64,000 nt of DNA from Bigelowiella natans CCMP2755 (Eukaryota > Protista > Cercozoa). The translations under genes and the position numbers were made by a program. Location of the stretch: positions 1-64,000 of the forward strand of contig ADNK01001883.1 in assembly GCA_000320545.1 (NCBI GenBank), read 5' to 3'. The notes below the pieces were generated by a model, which worked only from the letters and a program-made list of their open reading frames with translations, was not told where the DNA came from and searched no databases. Numbering within the stretch: position 1 is the first letter of the stretch; every line of letters begins with the position of its first letter. Below, piece by piece: positions 50,329 to 64,000 of this stretch.

Positions 50329-52454
50329 ATATTATATCGAATTATATGATATGAAAGCAAGAAAATATAGTACATCTCAAGCCTGCGACAATGCACGATC
50401 GTTTCCGGAATTTCTTCCAGGTTGTTCGAGGAAACATCCAGGAAATGGAGTCTGTGAAGACCGCCAATTTCGTCCGGCAATTCGCGCAAGCGATTCCCCG
50501 ATATGTCAAGCTTTCTGAGTGCTTTTAGGTCGCTAATAGAGGCCGGGAGCGAGTCGATGAAGTTCCCGGAGAGACGCAGAAATCTAAAAAGACAGGCAAG
50601 TATTTTATCACTGATAACGTTGATCAACGACACCACCAAGGACACCGCGCCCTCTCGTCACTGTCTTTCATCATTAACACAACAAACAATTGCAGCAGCA
50701 GCAGTAACAACAAGAGGAGGAAAGAGCAGAGCAACGCACTCGAGTGAAGGCAAGTCGGGGAATCGCTCCGGAAGCTTTCGTATCACATTGTACGATAAGT
50801 CGAGCCACTCCAACGCCCCAAGCCCCTCCCCATCAAAGGCCCCTTCGGTAACTTCTGCGATGGCGTTAAACGACAGATCGAGTCTCTGGAGCTTGGAGAG
50901 GCTCCTCAGCATCCGTGGCACGGTGGCGAACTCGTTGTCCGATAAGTTTAATGACAAAAGGGATAATGCCCAGCAAGCGCTACCACTGCTGCTGCTGCTG
51001 CTACGGTTGCTGTCGTTGTTATCACCACTACCATCAGCTGGATCTTGAGTAGGAGGAGTAGGGGTGGGAGGGGGAGGACAAGAAGGAGAAGCCGCAGCGG
51101 CATCCTAAATACAATCCAGAAAGTTTGGAAGAAATAATGATGACGATGAAGCCCTTTTCGGTAACATATATGTATGTGTATTGTATAGATGCACGTATAG
51201 ATGAATGTGTTTACGGGTGGTTGAGAGACAATGGCAGCAACACAGGTATATATCGGCGAGCGCCTGCTGTGTCGCTCTCGTGGAATGGCCACGATTGGTG
51301 TTGCGTGACGAGGACCGACGATGATGGCGGTGACGACGATGACGACGGAAAAACACATCAACCTGTTTTCTTGTTGTCTTTAAGTCTTCGTTACGACAAA
51401 GGGGCTTCTTGCGATTGGTCAGCTTGGTGCTGCTGGCACTGCTACTCTTGCCACTGCTATCACTACAATTACTACCACGGTTATCAATGCCAGTGCCAGT
51501 GCCCGAGATAAGCCCTGTGATGTAGTTTCCGCTCACATCGATCGATTCAAGTCGGGGCAGGGTGTAAAAGGACGCTGGAAAGCTTGTGAGTCTATTATCA
51601 CTTAAATCCACGTGCCTGAGTCCCTGCATGAAACCAATGGAAGGGGGGAGGCTCTTTATGTCTGCCGCCTTGATTCGTAGCTTCTCCCTGGCCTCCAGGA
51701 GCTCTCGGCGGAGGAGCTGCAGAATCTTGCGCGAAAGGTTGGCGGCCCTGGCACTTGAGCAGCTGCTCGTCGCCCCTGCCGTGCTGTTGTCCTCGCCAGC
51801 GCCTGCGGCCAAGATGCGAAGTATCCGTAGCACTTCCAAATCTGCATCGAAGAATGGGGAGGGCGATGAGGATGACAACGACGATGGCGACCTGTGAGTC
51901 GGCGCCGCTACTCCTACGGCGGCTCCCGCAAGCTTGATGAGGGGCGGCATCAGTTTCCGGAGGGTTCCATATCCAAGTGCATCTGGGTCGCCGACTCGCC
52001 TTGTGAGCAGCTCCTCCAAATTTGAGAGAAACCGCCAATCCTGTAGCAGCAGCCGCCCTTTTCTACTACTACTACCACTACTACTACTACGACTAGTTCG
52101 GGCTCCCAGGCCTTCTTCTCTGTTCGAGCTGTTTGTCCAGTCCCGAAGTGCCCGGAAAATCTGGCGCCTCTCCAACGCAGGCAAGGCTTTCACCCTGGCT
52201 CGAGCGCGCAGAAACTTGCCCGGTATGAGGTCCTTGGAGGGAACGATCCGTAGAACCTTCTGGAGCGCTGTGTCGGAGTACTTGGTCTCGCCCAGCTTCC
52301 GCCAGCATCTCTTTCCGACATCGATCCCTGTGGCGCTGAGAAGGCGGCTGAAGATCATTTCGCTTGATCTTCGGAGGAGCAGCTGCAGCTCTGTGGGCTG
52401 AAAAAGGCCGCGGGAGCACGGATGCAGCCACTGCAGATGTGCGTGCGAGCGTAT

Positions 52455-52516
<62 letters not shown>

Positions 52517-52553
52517 AGGATTGTAATTAAAAAGATGTTTTATGAGGTGTGAT

Positions 52554-52592
<39 letters not shown>

Positions 52593-53142
52593 TTTGATAT
52601 AGAGAGAGAATGGGAGGGGTGAAATCGAGCAGCCTTTAGAGGAGCAGAATCGAGTATAATGGTCGCAGTAGTAACATCGACATATTATCATCATCATCAT
52701 CATCATCATCATCCTTTCGAGTGATACTACTACTACTACTACTACTGCTGCTGCTGCTGATACTACTGCTACTACGCCTACCTCCCTTAGCGCAAGTTGC
52801 TTCTTCCGTAGAGGGAGCAGCGTCCTGTAGACCAGCTTGAGGTTTTTCTTCCTCTCCCGCACGGTCATCCTGCGACCTCGTTGCCGCTCAAAGCGCTTCA
52901 CGTGCTCCTCCGGTGACCACGAGTCAGGGTTCTTCAGTTCCATCAAGCGGCACATCCGAGACACCGACTGCCCGGAGGGCGTGAGCAGCTCCTCATCGTT
53001 CTTGACCTGGATCTTCAGGCGCTCTGCCTCTTCGTGCACTACCACCTCTGACAGGTGGAGCAGCTGATGGGCGAGCTGGTGAGGCGGCCGTTGCTTTCCT
53101 CGGCCCGCGATGTATCTCTTTACATCGTGAGGATGCTGCTTG

Positions 53143-53178
<36 letters not shown>

Positions 53179-54826
53179 ATATTCTTCTCATCGTTAACGC
53201 TGCCGAGTCTGATCCCAAGACAGGCGGAGAGATACTCAACTATTCTGATGACTCTCGCTTCTTCCGCTCCACGGCGACGCCGTCGTCGCCGTGGCACGAG
53301 TAGCCCGGGAGGCTGCTGCTGCTGTTGTTGTTGTTTTCCCTTGTTGCTACGAAGAGGGTTGCCTGGTTTGCTACCTAGCTGCTGATGCCTCTTGATCATG
53401 CTAAATGGGAAAAATGACAGTGAAGCAATGAATACAATCAGCTTGTTGTGATGCAAATCAGAGCAGCGGCGGTACGGTCGCGCTTACATTCGTTAGAATA
53501 TTACTAGCCGTCGGACTTAAATTTACCTGGTAGCATCAGGCAGCGACTGCAACTGCTTCTTTACGTCCTCTTCTAGAGGCCGTAGCAGTCGCCGCCCTTT
53601 CCCGACTACTAATCCGTCTTTTACACCGGGGGATGTGATCATTCTTTGATGATCTTGCCGTAGTAGACCGTAAGTACCATCCTTGGTGCTTCTAGGGTTT
53701 CTTCCAAAGATACTGCTACTACTACTACCACTACCACTACTACTATTACCATTTTTGTACTTGGGACTCAGCCCTTCTCTTGCTCTTTCCTCCATAGCTG
53801 CGGCAGCGGCAGCACCTCCAACCTCACACACCAGTGCTACAAGGCGACGGTGCGAGCCCAGCAGCTTCCATTGGTCGTTTGTGCTGAGGAAATGTTGGAA
53901 ATAACCGAAGGCGGAGTGGATTTCCCTAGGCACTTGTCGCTTCCAAAACGCTTCGCCTGCATCGCGCGTGTGGCTCAGCGCCTGGTTCAGAAACGAGGCC
54001 AGAGCCGAAGGAAGAGACGGTGCGGATGCTGTTGTTGTTGATGATGATGATGATGATGACGACGACGACGAGGATTCTGGCATATCACATCCTCCTCCTT
54101 GTGCTGCCCGTGGTTGGCGGTGGTAGGAAGAGTTCCGCAAACGGCGCCTCAGCATCCGTTTAAGGGCGCGAAGGAGCAGCTCACAGCCGAATCGAGAACG
54201 TAGGCGGTAATCTGTGAAGCCTTTGTGCATTAATACACGCCCGAGAAAGCGCACGGGAAGGCCAAAGCGATGCAACTCTGCTGATACGTCAAGGTCTAGC
54301 AGCCCCTCTCCCCACATGCGGTATGGAGTCTGTGCCTCGAGAGGGAGGAGGGAGGACGGTTGCAAGGGAGACGTCTTGTAGGCATTGCTGCTATTATCTC
54401 CTTCCTCACGTTTCATGCCATTAAAGTTTGGCCATCCTCCCTTCCTCGCCCCTGCCTCCCCTATCGTTCCCGTTGTGATGACGCAGGAGACTCGCTCGCC
54501 AGACACGTTGCTCTCCGTGCCAGAGTGCAGCATCTCAACCGGGTGGGCGTTGGCCCTTTGGATAAGGGAGCTCACAAGTTTGTCCACCATTACCGACCCC
54601 ATCAAGCCCGTGGCCGCTACGACGTCTCGCCGTAGGTCGGTGGATTTTGAACGACGCCTATCGCCATGGTGATGATGAAAAAATTGATGATGGTGATCAG
54701 AGCTGTCTTTCAGACGACCGAGCGAGGATCTCGATCCCCTAGTAATACATGTAAGAATGGTAAGAGCAAGCAACAGGCGGATGATGTGGCGAACGCGGTG
54801 TTTGTACAATGATACTTTTGGAGCGC

Positions 54827-54876
<50 letters not shown>

Positions 54877-55683
54877 GGGGGGGGGGGTTTAAAGATACAT
54901 GCTTAGCAGCGGTGATAATACAGCGACAGTGAATGTGCATTTTAAAACGGGTTGTTAAGTAAATATCTGTGTATGCGAGCATGTAGTTCGGTGCTGCTCT
55001 CTTGTTCTTTCAACGCTTGGGTCATCGTCTTCTTTCGCACTCACACATCGGGATTGAGTGGCGGGTGGGAAATCGTCCTGAGCCTTTGCAGCAGCTCTGC
55101 GCGCATCCGATGATAGTGCTGTTGACGTTTGAACGGGAGGGGCTCCAAGGCAAGGGAGGCCGAATATGATTGTGACGATGATGCTGACCCCCTGGAAGAG
55201 GGGTGATGATTGCTGTAGTGTTTGGTGCTGTCATTATCAGCTTCGGCTATTTCCGGCGGCGAGAATTTAGATAGGTTCAGTAGGTCTAATAAGAATGAGT
55301 CATCACCACGAAGACAACAGCAACATTGACCGTCAAGGGCACTCCGGGTAAAGAAGAGGGGCTGGGGTGTGAAGATGTTGTTGATCATAAGAATACCAGC
55401 ATATCTGCGGGAATATGAACTATGTGTGTGTGTGTGTGTGTGTGCTGACAGAAGTGAGTCGGAGGATATTGCGATGACGCCCCTGTCGTTGAGAGAGAGG
55501 CAGGTGATGATGACTGTTGTTGCTGTGGAGACGCTCCGCGTACTGTCGGTGCCGATCGTATAACCCTCCCCTCAGCATGTGCGCTTGTGTACATAACCTC
55601 ACCGCCCACCTAACAAACAGACAAGAACGCACAAATCATCATATGGTGCTTGCTCTCCCTTGTATCATCATCATCATAATCAT

Positions 55684-55717
<34 letters not shown>

Positions 55718-58473
55718 GTAATTGTTTTCCTCAATCTTCTTCATGTTCTTAATTAATACTCGGATGATTTGAGAATATCTAAATGTGTGAGTGTGTGCAT
55801 GTGTGTGTGTGTGTGTGGTCTTATTGCAACTACTTTGCGCTTTCTCAGGTGCAAATACTTCGCAGCTACCCTGAGAAATTAGTAAACAAACCACAGATAT
55901 TGTCGTCTCAGCACTCGGCGAAAACCTCGTCTACTACCGCTGGCAATGATGATCACTACCACGATATCAAATACGCATAGGAGATGCAATGCAGTCTGTG
56001 ACGAAACCCGCTGATGATGCAATATATGCTACCTGAGATGTTTGCAGAGAGTGAATCGAGCAGCAGCGAAGGAATCCGTTGTCGTCGTTCTTTTCCCGCC
56101 AATTCCGAGTTTCGGATGTGGATATTTCTTCGTTGGTAGCAACAACGACATCGGTTTCCGAGCCCTTCTCCCCCCCCCAATACAATCCCGTCCGACCTTC
56201 CTCCGACCGTATATAACCTCGCTGGTTTGCCCTGGCAGAGTGGGATAGAAGGCCATTCCTATTGGGTCATATCACATCACCATCATCATCGTCGCCGTCG
56301 TCATCATTGTTATATAAGCATTAGCAGCACCACCAGCCAGAAATATATACGACATAAACAAATATTTATACACATGTGTAATTACTATGTCCCCGGTATT
56401 CGATAATGTGCATCAGCTTCACCCACACTGGCAGCCTGTTATCCAAGAATACCTAGGGAAAAACAGTCCGTATGCATGCGTGCGAAGAACGTGTTTCCGT
56501 TCCCTTTTCTTTGAGCGTCCTTCTCTCACACCTCATCTCTCTCCTCTCCCTCTCTTCCTCTCCCTCCTCTGTCTTTGCCCATATCATCAATCAATTAATC
56601 CCGTGCGCTTGTTGCTGTGCTGCTCACTGACATCAAGATAAGCGCTGGAGCCCTTCATATCTCTTGCCATCGCTTTAGCCGCTAGGTCCACATCTGCAGC
56701 ATCTCCACCGTATTTGTAGTAGTAAAAGTAGGAAGGAGAGGAAGAGGAGGAGGAGGAGGAGGAGGAGGAGGAGGAGGGCCGAGCACATCCAGCTATGTTT
56801 CCCCCTTCCAGACGCTTTCTCTTACCGTTACTGATGAGCTTGCGTGTGTCAGCAGCGGCCTCGAAAGTTAGGCCTCCGCACCGCACTATGTGCAATCGAC
56901 GATGACATCGGTCGTTAACATCGTGTCATCACATAGGAGGAGGAGGAGGAGTTACCTTTGAAGGCGGTCCCACAGTTTAGACTTCTCCTTTTCTCAATTC
57001 CGCCTGCACTCAGGGAGCGACGGAGTCCTCCTCCTCCTCCTCCTCCTGTTGTTGTTGTTGTTTATTGTAGTTATTGTTGTTGTAGGAGAGAACGACTGAA
57101 GAGACAGGTGGTAGCTAAAACCGAAAGATCTCCTGTTCTAATCAAATGAAAAGGGGAAAGCGATGTTCCGCAATGCACAGCTCCATGTGAGAAAACAACG
57201 ACCTACTCTACGTTACTTCACCTCTGTAAGTATCATTCATACTGCTCAATCGATCCGATAAGAATTGCTTTCTCCCTCCTTTACCACTGTCACCGCCGAT
57301 CACGTCGCCAGAGCTGAGGCTTCTTCTCTCCGTTAAAGCGCCTCTCGACCACCGCACACGCCGATGCTTTCCCTTTCTTCTCGGTGGATGATGGTGATGA
57401 TGATTGGTAACGCTAGCGGCAGCGGCCGGAAGCTTCCTCAAACTGGCTTTCTTATTTTCCTTCTTAGTCTTAGTGTTATTATTGGTGCTCGCTTTGTCCC
57501 CCGTCCTCCTTTTCATTTTTTTCTTGCTGTCCCTGACCGGAGGGAGCTTACCATATCGCTTTGCATCCTCATTTGCCTTTCTGTTCCTGCTTTGTTTTCG
57601 TCTACCTTTCCTGCGCTTCCTCTCCTTTTTATCCGCACGAGGGGGCGGCACAGTGGAATTGGCTTCGGTACTGCTGCTACTACTGCTGTCATCATAATCG
57701 TCGAAGCCATCGTCGATTTCATCAGCGAATGGCATCCGCCAGAGGGTGTGCCGGCTGTCCACAATGCGGCTTGCAAGCTCACCGCCAAAGCTTCCCTAGA
57801 AAACGAACGTCATCATTTGCTGGGAAACATGAGGTGGGATGGTGAACTTGAAAAAGATGCGAAAACTACCATGTCTCCGTACAGGTCAAGCAGTTCGGAG
57901 ATGTTATCGTGAGGATTGCCGGTGCTTCTTCCCAGGAAGCGCTGCTCAAATCCCTGTGCCCACTTGCACTTGCTGTAAAAGCTTTCCTTCCATTCAGCCC
58001 TATCCTCGACGAACGTTTTCCCACCAGAAAGCTTCTATTGCCATGTGATTAAGATTATCGTTAACAATATGGGCATAGCGTTCGCAGAAACCAAACATCA
58101 TGCGCTGATGCCTACCTTCTTCTCGTCCTTGACCAAATGCTTTTTTTCTCGTGTTTTCACTGGGAGTTGGAGGAAGGAGCAATGTAAATTGGAAATTCAA
58201 CATACAGTATTTTTAAATTTAGTGAGATGTGGTCTGAAATCCCTCCGCCACTCCTTCACATTTGGTTAAGTCCAACCCCATTTTTTCTAACAGTTACAAA
58301 TTCGAATATTTTTGAATGTTTCGACTCAGTGAGGGACCTTCACGCTCCTCCCCTTCACCCTGTTCATCGATGGGGCATGAACTGTCCTTCATGTCTTCTC
58401 CGTTATCCTTCCCCTGCCCCTCCTCCCCTTCATCAGAAGCTGGGGGAGGCACGCTTGAGGCACCACACCCCAT
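48312..58473 (-). CDS. N-acylated CLU-domain + leucine-rich-repeat protein, multi-exon
   Basis: Starts MGCGASS (58473). CLU-like motifs YGGDAADVDLAAKAMARDMKG, KLMHIIEYRGH, EVIYGR, ELHRFGLPVRFLGRV, CELLLRALKRMLRRRLR, FLNQAL..FWKR (53860-56895). Many LxxLxLxxNxLxxLP repeats at 48312-51700. Confidence 0.8.
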
Positions 58474-58732
58474 CCTTCCACAGAGGAGGGGAGAAATGTG
58501 AAAAGCAGAAAAATATATCACTAAAACATCGTAATATCGTTGTCGCAGGTATGAAATCGCATGCTAATCGCTACGATAGCATTCGGAAGTTCCACCAGCT
58601 GGGTTTTTGTCCTGGAAACTACTGAACAGACACTTCTGTTTGATAACATCTGAAAATACAGGCAAATTCTATATCGCGACTTGAAAATATCTTATTCTTT
58701 TATTCTTCTTACGAGTACGAGCGTAAAGATGG
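58474..58732. promoter_or_regulatory. putative bidirectional promoter (CLU-LRR / F-box-RING)
   Basis: 259-bp spacer between divergent start codons. Confidence 0.5.
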
Positions 58733-59434
58733 ATGATGGCTGACGAATTGCCTCGTCGGTCGGGGCCTGCTGCCCCTTCCTCATCATGGCCAAACACCCC
58801 CGTGGCTGTGGTGCGGAATATTACGTTGTACACCGATGTGCTGACCATAATAAAGCTCACCCAAACGTGCACAAAGTTCGCCAATGCCCTAAGTGAGGCG
58901 TTCTGGAGGGACATCTTCGTTACGAAGTAAGGCCTGATCAACTTGATGTGTGGAGGGATACACGTATTCCTTGCCTTTCGTTCATCCACTCGTTTCGATA
59001 ATGTATGATGCTGTTTTCACTCTGCGATTATTGATGTTGTTTGTAGGTGGGGGCATAGGTACCGCACGGATCTGATGCGCCCTTTGGAACTTCCAAGCAG
59101 CACTCCAAGCAAGATGGCATGGTACGTACGACCCAATCACCCAAGCAAAGATATGGCTCTTTTTTTTGGGTTTGAAATTCGACGGTTGTATATGAGCTCA
59201 TGGGAAGGACGGTATCTAAAGATGAACATTGCATAATTTGTTGGTTGGTTTTGCAATGATGTGTTAATAACTCCGAAAAGGATAACGAAGAGAATCCGAA
59301 GATGTATCTCCACATTCATAAACCTGCCTCCTTGCTCCTACCCACATCCTTTGCGACATCGGTATGACCAGCAAGCAACAGCATCACCTTTCTTTGCAAA
59401 ATGAATTGAAATTTAAAATATTAACATTACTGAA

Positions 59435-59476
<42 letters not shown>

Positions 59477-60064
59477 CGCGCGAAATGGAGATGTAAACAC
59501 AAACTACATATACAGGCCCATCGCACATGCCTCCACGAAACCAGTGTGGCGGCTAGCATGCGTGTTGAAGGGTCGTTCGGAAGCTCTCAGAGCGAGGGGA
59601 AAGATTGCATCAACTACGAGACGTCATGGAGTGCGAAATCACAGCAGGAGGAGTAGCAGTGAACACGAGGCTGCTCCCCGATTGTCATCATTCTCATCAC
59701 CATCATCATCATCATCGTCATCTTCTTCTTCTTCATCATCATTATCAAGACCGTCAGCTTCGTCGCCTTTTGATCTTCGGCAGTGTTGTGTGTGCAACCA
59801 ACTGGAGCTCCTGACTTACGGCCAGATGGAGAGGGAGAGACATCCCGATACGCTTCGCCACTCCGACAGTGAGTATTTAGCCCTGGACAACCTAGTCCAT
59901 GAAGGAGATGAGAACTAGATCAGAAGAAGAAGAAGAAGAAGAAAAAGGATAAGAAAAGGGCGGGTCAAAAGTCGCCACTTTGTTGCAAATGCAAATTTCA
60001 TCTGGCATCGCGAAGTCACTCGCTTCTCTATTCCACTTGTTTCTACTAATTACTACTACTACTC

Positions 60065-60100
<36 letters not shown>

Positions 60101-62109
60101 TATTTTGAAGGCCGCTGGATCAGCCCTTGTTCCTGTGGGACCTTCTGTCATAGTAAGATTCCCTCCCTTATTATCGATCTCCCCCCCCCCCCCTTACACT
60201 TTCACCTGACCGCTGCCGTCGTTATTATTATTATTATCTTTAGGGCAATGTTTCGAGGATCTATGGGCTGCTAAGACGGGCCTTCCCTTGTCGTGCAGTG
60301 TTACAGCAACTACAGTGGATGGTAAGGTTTCTACTTCAATGTCGCGACGTGTTCGATGTACCCGGTGCAATAGTCCTTATGCGCTGAGAAAACGGTAATG
60401 CTCTCTTCCCCGTCGCATCATCACCGATCAGCAGCAGTAGCCACAACACCATCACCAACATTGTTGTGGGAGTCATTATCTTCGCACATCGCCATCATCG
60501 TTACTGCTTGAAAGGAGGAGTTTTCTCACCCCCATCAAACACATGCGACCGTCTTCACGTCATACTTGCGAGAGCCCCGCAGCTCATTGTTGCTAACTGC
60601 TGCTTTCAGGAAAACACACCATCACTTTGAGCTCGCTTCCATTGCGCTCAAGAAGTTTCGGCAACACGGGGTGTGTATAGAAACTCTTGCGTCATCATCG
60701 CTTTATTTTTCGACTTTCCCGACCCCTCTCTTTTTGTGGTTGATTTATTATGACATGTTCCACGCTCGGTCATCTCGGTCATCTACTCACACGACGACGT
60801 TTGATAACGGATGTGATGCAGCTGCCCCGGTTACTCGCGAAACACGCCCTGCGCTTTCTTGCAGTGTTCGTCGTGTTTTCTGCCTACCAAAATCTGCAGT
60901 TTGAGGGCAAGACAATGGTTTGTTATCATGACAGCGACAGTGTAGTAGGAAGTGTGAAGGGCACTCCAACATGTGGCGATAGCAGCAGCAGTACCACTGG
61001 CATTGACGACCTTGCTGCCGACGCCACAGTCACATACGAGACTTCGGTTTCTCTCCGGTATGATGATGATGATGATGATGATAATGACAATGATGAGAAC
61101 TGCATTCTAATTTTGGTAGTGGATGTTGTTGGTGTTAACTGAACGCATGCGATTGCATGCGAAAGCAGAGAGGGGAGGGTTTGGGGGGGGGGGGGGGACT
61201 AGGACGAAGAATTCGCCTGAGCGATTCACACAGCGTATACAAGCACAGATGCATGCAGATGAATGTATTCGCTCCGCAAAACGTTCCCCAATATAGAGAA
61301 GCTCTCTCCTGGCGAGTTTTTTTTCCTCCACTGCTACCACAAAGAGCATGTCTATTTATTAATTTTAACAATCAAATTACCTCTGTTTTTCTAGGCTTCG
61401 ATCGCCGCTGGAGTACCCTACGCCACTGTCGCTGTACTTCTGCCTGACCTACGAACAACTGCTCTGTATCTTCTTGTCTTTGCGCTTCCAGACCGCCGTC
61501 ATGAGGATGTTCCCCGGGCCTTTGTACAAGTAAGTAGCCTTGCTGCAGTACTCATGATCTCATGGCTCTTTTTCTCATCAAAATAAGGCATTTTTCCGTC
61601 ATTGTCGTCAGGGTCTTGACGCGTTTCTCGTGCTTAATGTCGTTCTTTTCTCATTCATAACTTGTTTCTCTTCTCCTTCCGATCCCCTTCTCCTATGCTA
61701 CTGCGACATTCAGGAGATATCTGCAATTTTATGGCTCTATGCTGTTGTCATTCCTCGTTTACGTCTTCACTTACTCGCCGAACCCGTTTATCGAGCACTC
61801 TAGTTTGCCGTTCATGTTTCGCATCTTCTCCCATATCAGCACTGCCTGGTGGTTTCTCGCAGCGACTGCAATCATGTAATAACAACACGCATTTGCACGC
61901 ACGAAGAGGCATCATCTTCATACCGAATAGATGTCCAACACGATCGTTCGCCGTGTCGAGGGGACATATCTCGCATCATCGGTGCTTTCAGAATGAGACT
62001 AGAAAAAAGGAGTGATGAGCGCTGTTGTGATTATTGCAGAGGCATATTCTGGGTTAGCTCACAGCTTGCTGATACGCCGGCCGACAGGAGGGTCTTGGCG
62101 GTGATATGA
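58733..62109 (+). CDS. F-box + RING-CH (RINGv) + hydrophobic/TM C-terminus; 3' end uncertain
   Basis: F-box-like WPNTPVAVVRNITLYTDVLTIIKLTQTCTKF...FWR. Spliced RING-CH CCVC...WISPCSCGTFCHRQC...CTRC (59784-60372, C4HC3). Hydrophobic exons at 60820-61880; one likely GC donor (TG|GCGAGT, ~61312). Confidence 0.7.
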
Positions 62110-63403
62110 TGATTTATAAGATTAGTATTTGTATTAGATTAGTATTTGTATTAGTAGTTCGCATGCGTGTGTATTAAGAACGGTTTGATGATGATGTTGG
62201 CGATGACGGCGTGGCTTTGTGGTGATGATGAGGAAACGCGTTCAAACGGGTATCCTCTGGGTTATTGGTTGGTATGAAGTGGCAGTGGTGGTGGTGATGA
62301 TGATGATGATGATGTGGTGGTGATAGGGATGGATAATGGCTAGTGGGTGGATCTCAAATGCGAGTGCGATTGGGAACTTGTATGCATGATACTTTCTTAG
62401 TTTCTCTTATTCTCTCTCTCTCTCTCTCTCTCTATCTGCATATGTGTCTACCCGCTGGTATGTAGAGGAATATTTTGCAGCACTCGGGACGGTCTTGTCG
62501 GATGTGTGCCATAGGGTTGTGCGTCCACAATAGCTGATGATCATGCACCACTGCTGCAAAAGAGCCATTCTGTGGTCAAGCAGCAGAGAGCGCGCACCGA
62601 ATCATCAGGATTTGAGGATCCAGCTTAGTATCTGCATAGGCATGCTGTTGAATGATGTACACCGTCGGTTGAGGACGATGACAGAAGATAGGCAAAATGA
62701 GCGTCGAACAGGGGGGATGAAATTGGATGCGATCAGATGCCGACGACAAGCAGAATCAGTCGAAGAAAAGCAGATGGGACGGAAGAGGAGTCATAGCTAC
62801 GTGGCAAAGCTCGTTGCTTGGGGAATAATAGTAGTAGCATTGCGCGTTTTTGCGCGGCGAATGTTATCAGCAGAACAATTGCCTGACAAATTGCATTGGT
62901 TGCCCTCGAATCGAAGGTTAATACAGTCTCACTTGTGCGTGTACACGACACAATGTGAAGCAATACGCAGCACAAATGGAGTGAATGCCGGCCTTTATTG
63001 CGCTGTGCAACGCTTGAGACGGTTGCAAGTTCAACGCTGGTCGCCACTCATGTGCAACAAAGAGTCACAGTTGAGCTTCCATGGCTAGCAGTCAGGTGCG
63101 CAACTGCACACTCAATCCAATGCGGTGTCATCAAAGTTTTGCTCAACACATCAAGATAAGAGCTTCATGCTGCCATTACAGTCTATGGCAGTGCCACGTG
63201 TCACACCATAACCATTGTGGAGAGAATGGGAAAGCGCTTATTCGCATCATGTATTTGCGGCGCGTGCATTTATTATTAAGTGGCATTCAAAACTGGAGTA
63301 GTGTACATAAACACACACACACACGCGCGCGCGCGCACACACATCTAGACATTACGTCTGCACCATGATCATCATGCACAACACTGTGAACACAATGTTG
63401 TCA

Positions 63404-63447
<44 letters not shown>

Positions 63448-63586
63448 TGTGATCGATGCCTGGCCAGTGATGTTTTATGATGGACAACGTAATATAATGT
63501 ATGCTATATACACCAAACAGATTGCGACACCTTCAGCGTATATATATATATATATATGCTATATGTTATATTTATAATAGACAACG

Positions 63587-63630
<44 letters not shown>

Positions 63631-64000
63631 TTACTTTGTCTATAATTTTTGTTCATGGCATCGTTGCTCGCGTGCACATGCATGCATACTTGGACGCAAA
63701 CGCACATGCCAGCCTTCGCAAGGCAGTCAAAATGTAGTGGTAGTGAAGGCACATCATCTAGTCATGGCTGCATCACATGTGGTTCAAATCAAGAATACAA
63801 GGATTGGTTTGCTATTGAACAAGAAACAAACGCTGATGACAAAACAACTAATCTTTGGCGTTTTTATTCCAGCAAATTGAAAATTCATGTTTTGCATTTG
63901 AGGATGATTCACATTTTTTCAGTCATACAATTTTTCAGTCATCGCTCTGTTCAAGGGCTTCAGTTTCCCCGGACCTTTCTCCACAGATTTCCGATCATTT

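Noticed and set aside
62121-62155. 17-bp direct repeat ATTAGTATTTGTATTAG x2
   Set aside because: Simple local slippage duplication; not an array
62537-63088. 183-aa plus-strand ORF
   Set aside because: No recognisable domain, and composition matches 3' intergenic DNA; an exon cannot be fully excluded

Overview
Eukaryotic nuclear DNA from an intron-rich, microsatellite-rich protist. A zeta-type tubulin suggests a flagellated stage; a rhizarian/chlorarachniophyte origin is only a guess. The window holds about 12 host genes, mostly multi-exon: the 3' end of zeta/delta-tubulin, PLAC8, an acyl-CoA dehydrogenase ending in SKL, a C2/PDZ/WW protein, a SAM-EF-hand-RDD protein, nitronate monooxygenase, an SH3b-like protein, a large LamG-USP(MABP) deubiquitinase, a small FHA protein, a SAM-G-beta fusion present twice in a 2,880-bp tandem duplication, an acylated CLU-LRR protein and an F-box/RING-CH protein. 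It also holds one intact, young Ty3/Gypsy LTR retrotransposon (3859-9574, minus strand; 326-bp LTRs, TCTT target-site duplication). The best candidate for an undescribed system is this element. Its single Gag-Pol ORF has an atypical integrase (D-27-E spacing, CxC zinc ligands). Where chromoviruses carry a chromodomain, it ends in a ~125-aa domain patterned like the DIRS/phage Dam-type N6-adenine methyltransferase, with degenerate catalytic motifs. Host genes also show near-perfect strand alternation, with short head-to-head spacers. All domain calls are by-eye motif recognition and exon boundaries are manual; no database searches were run.
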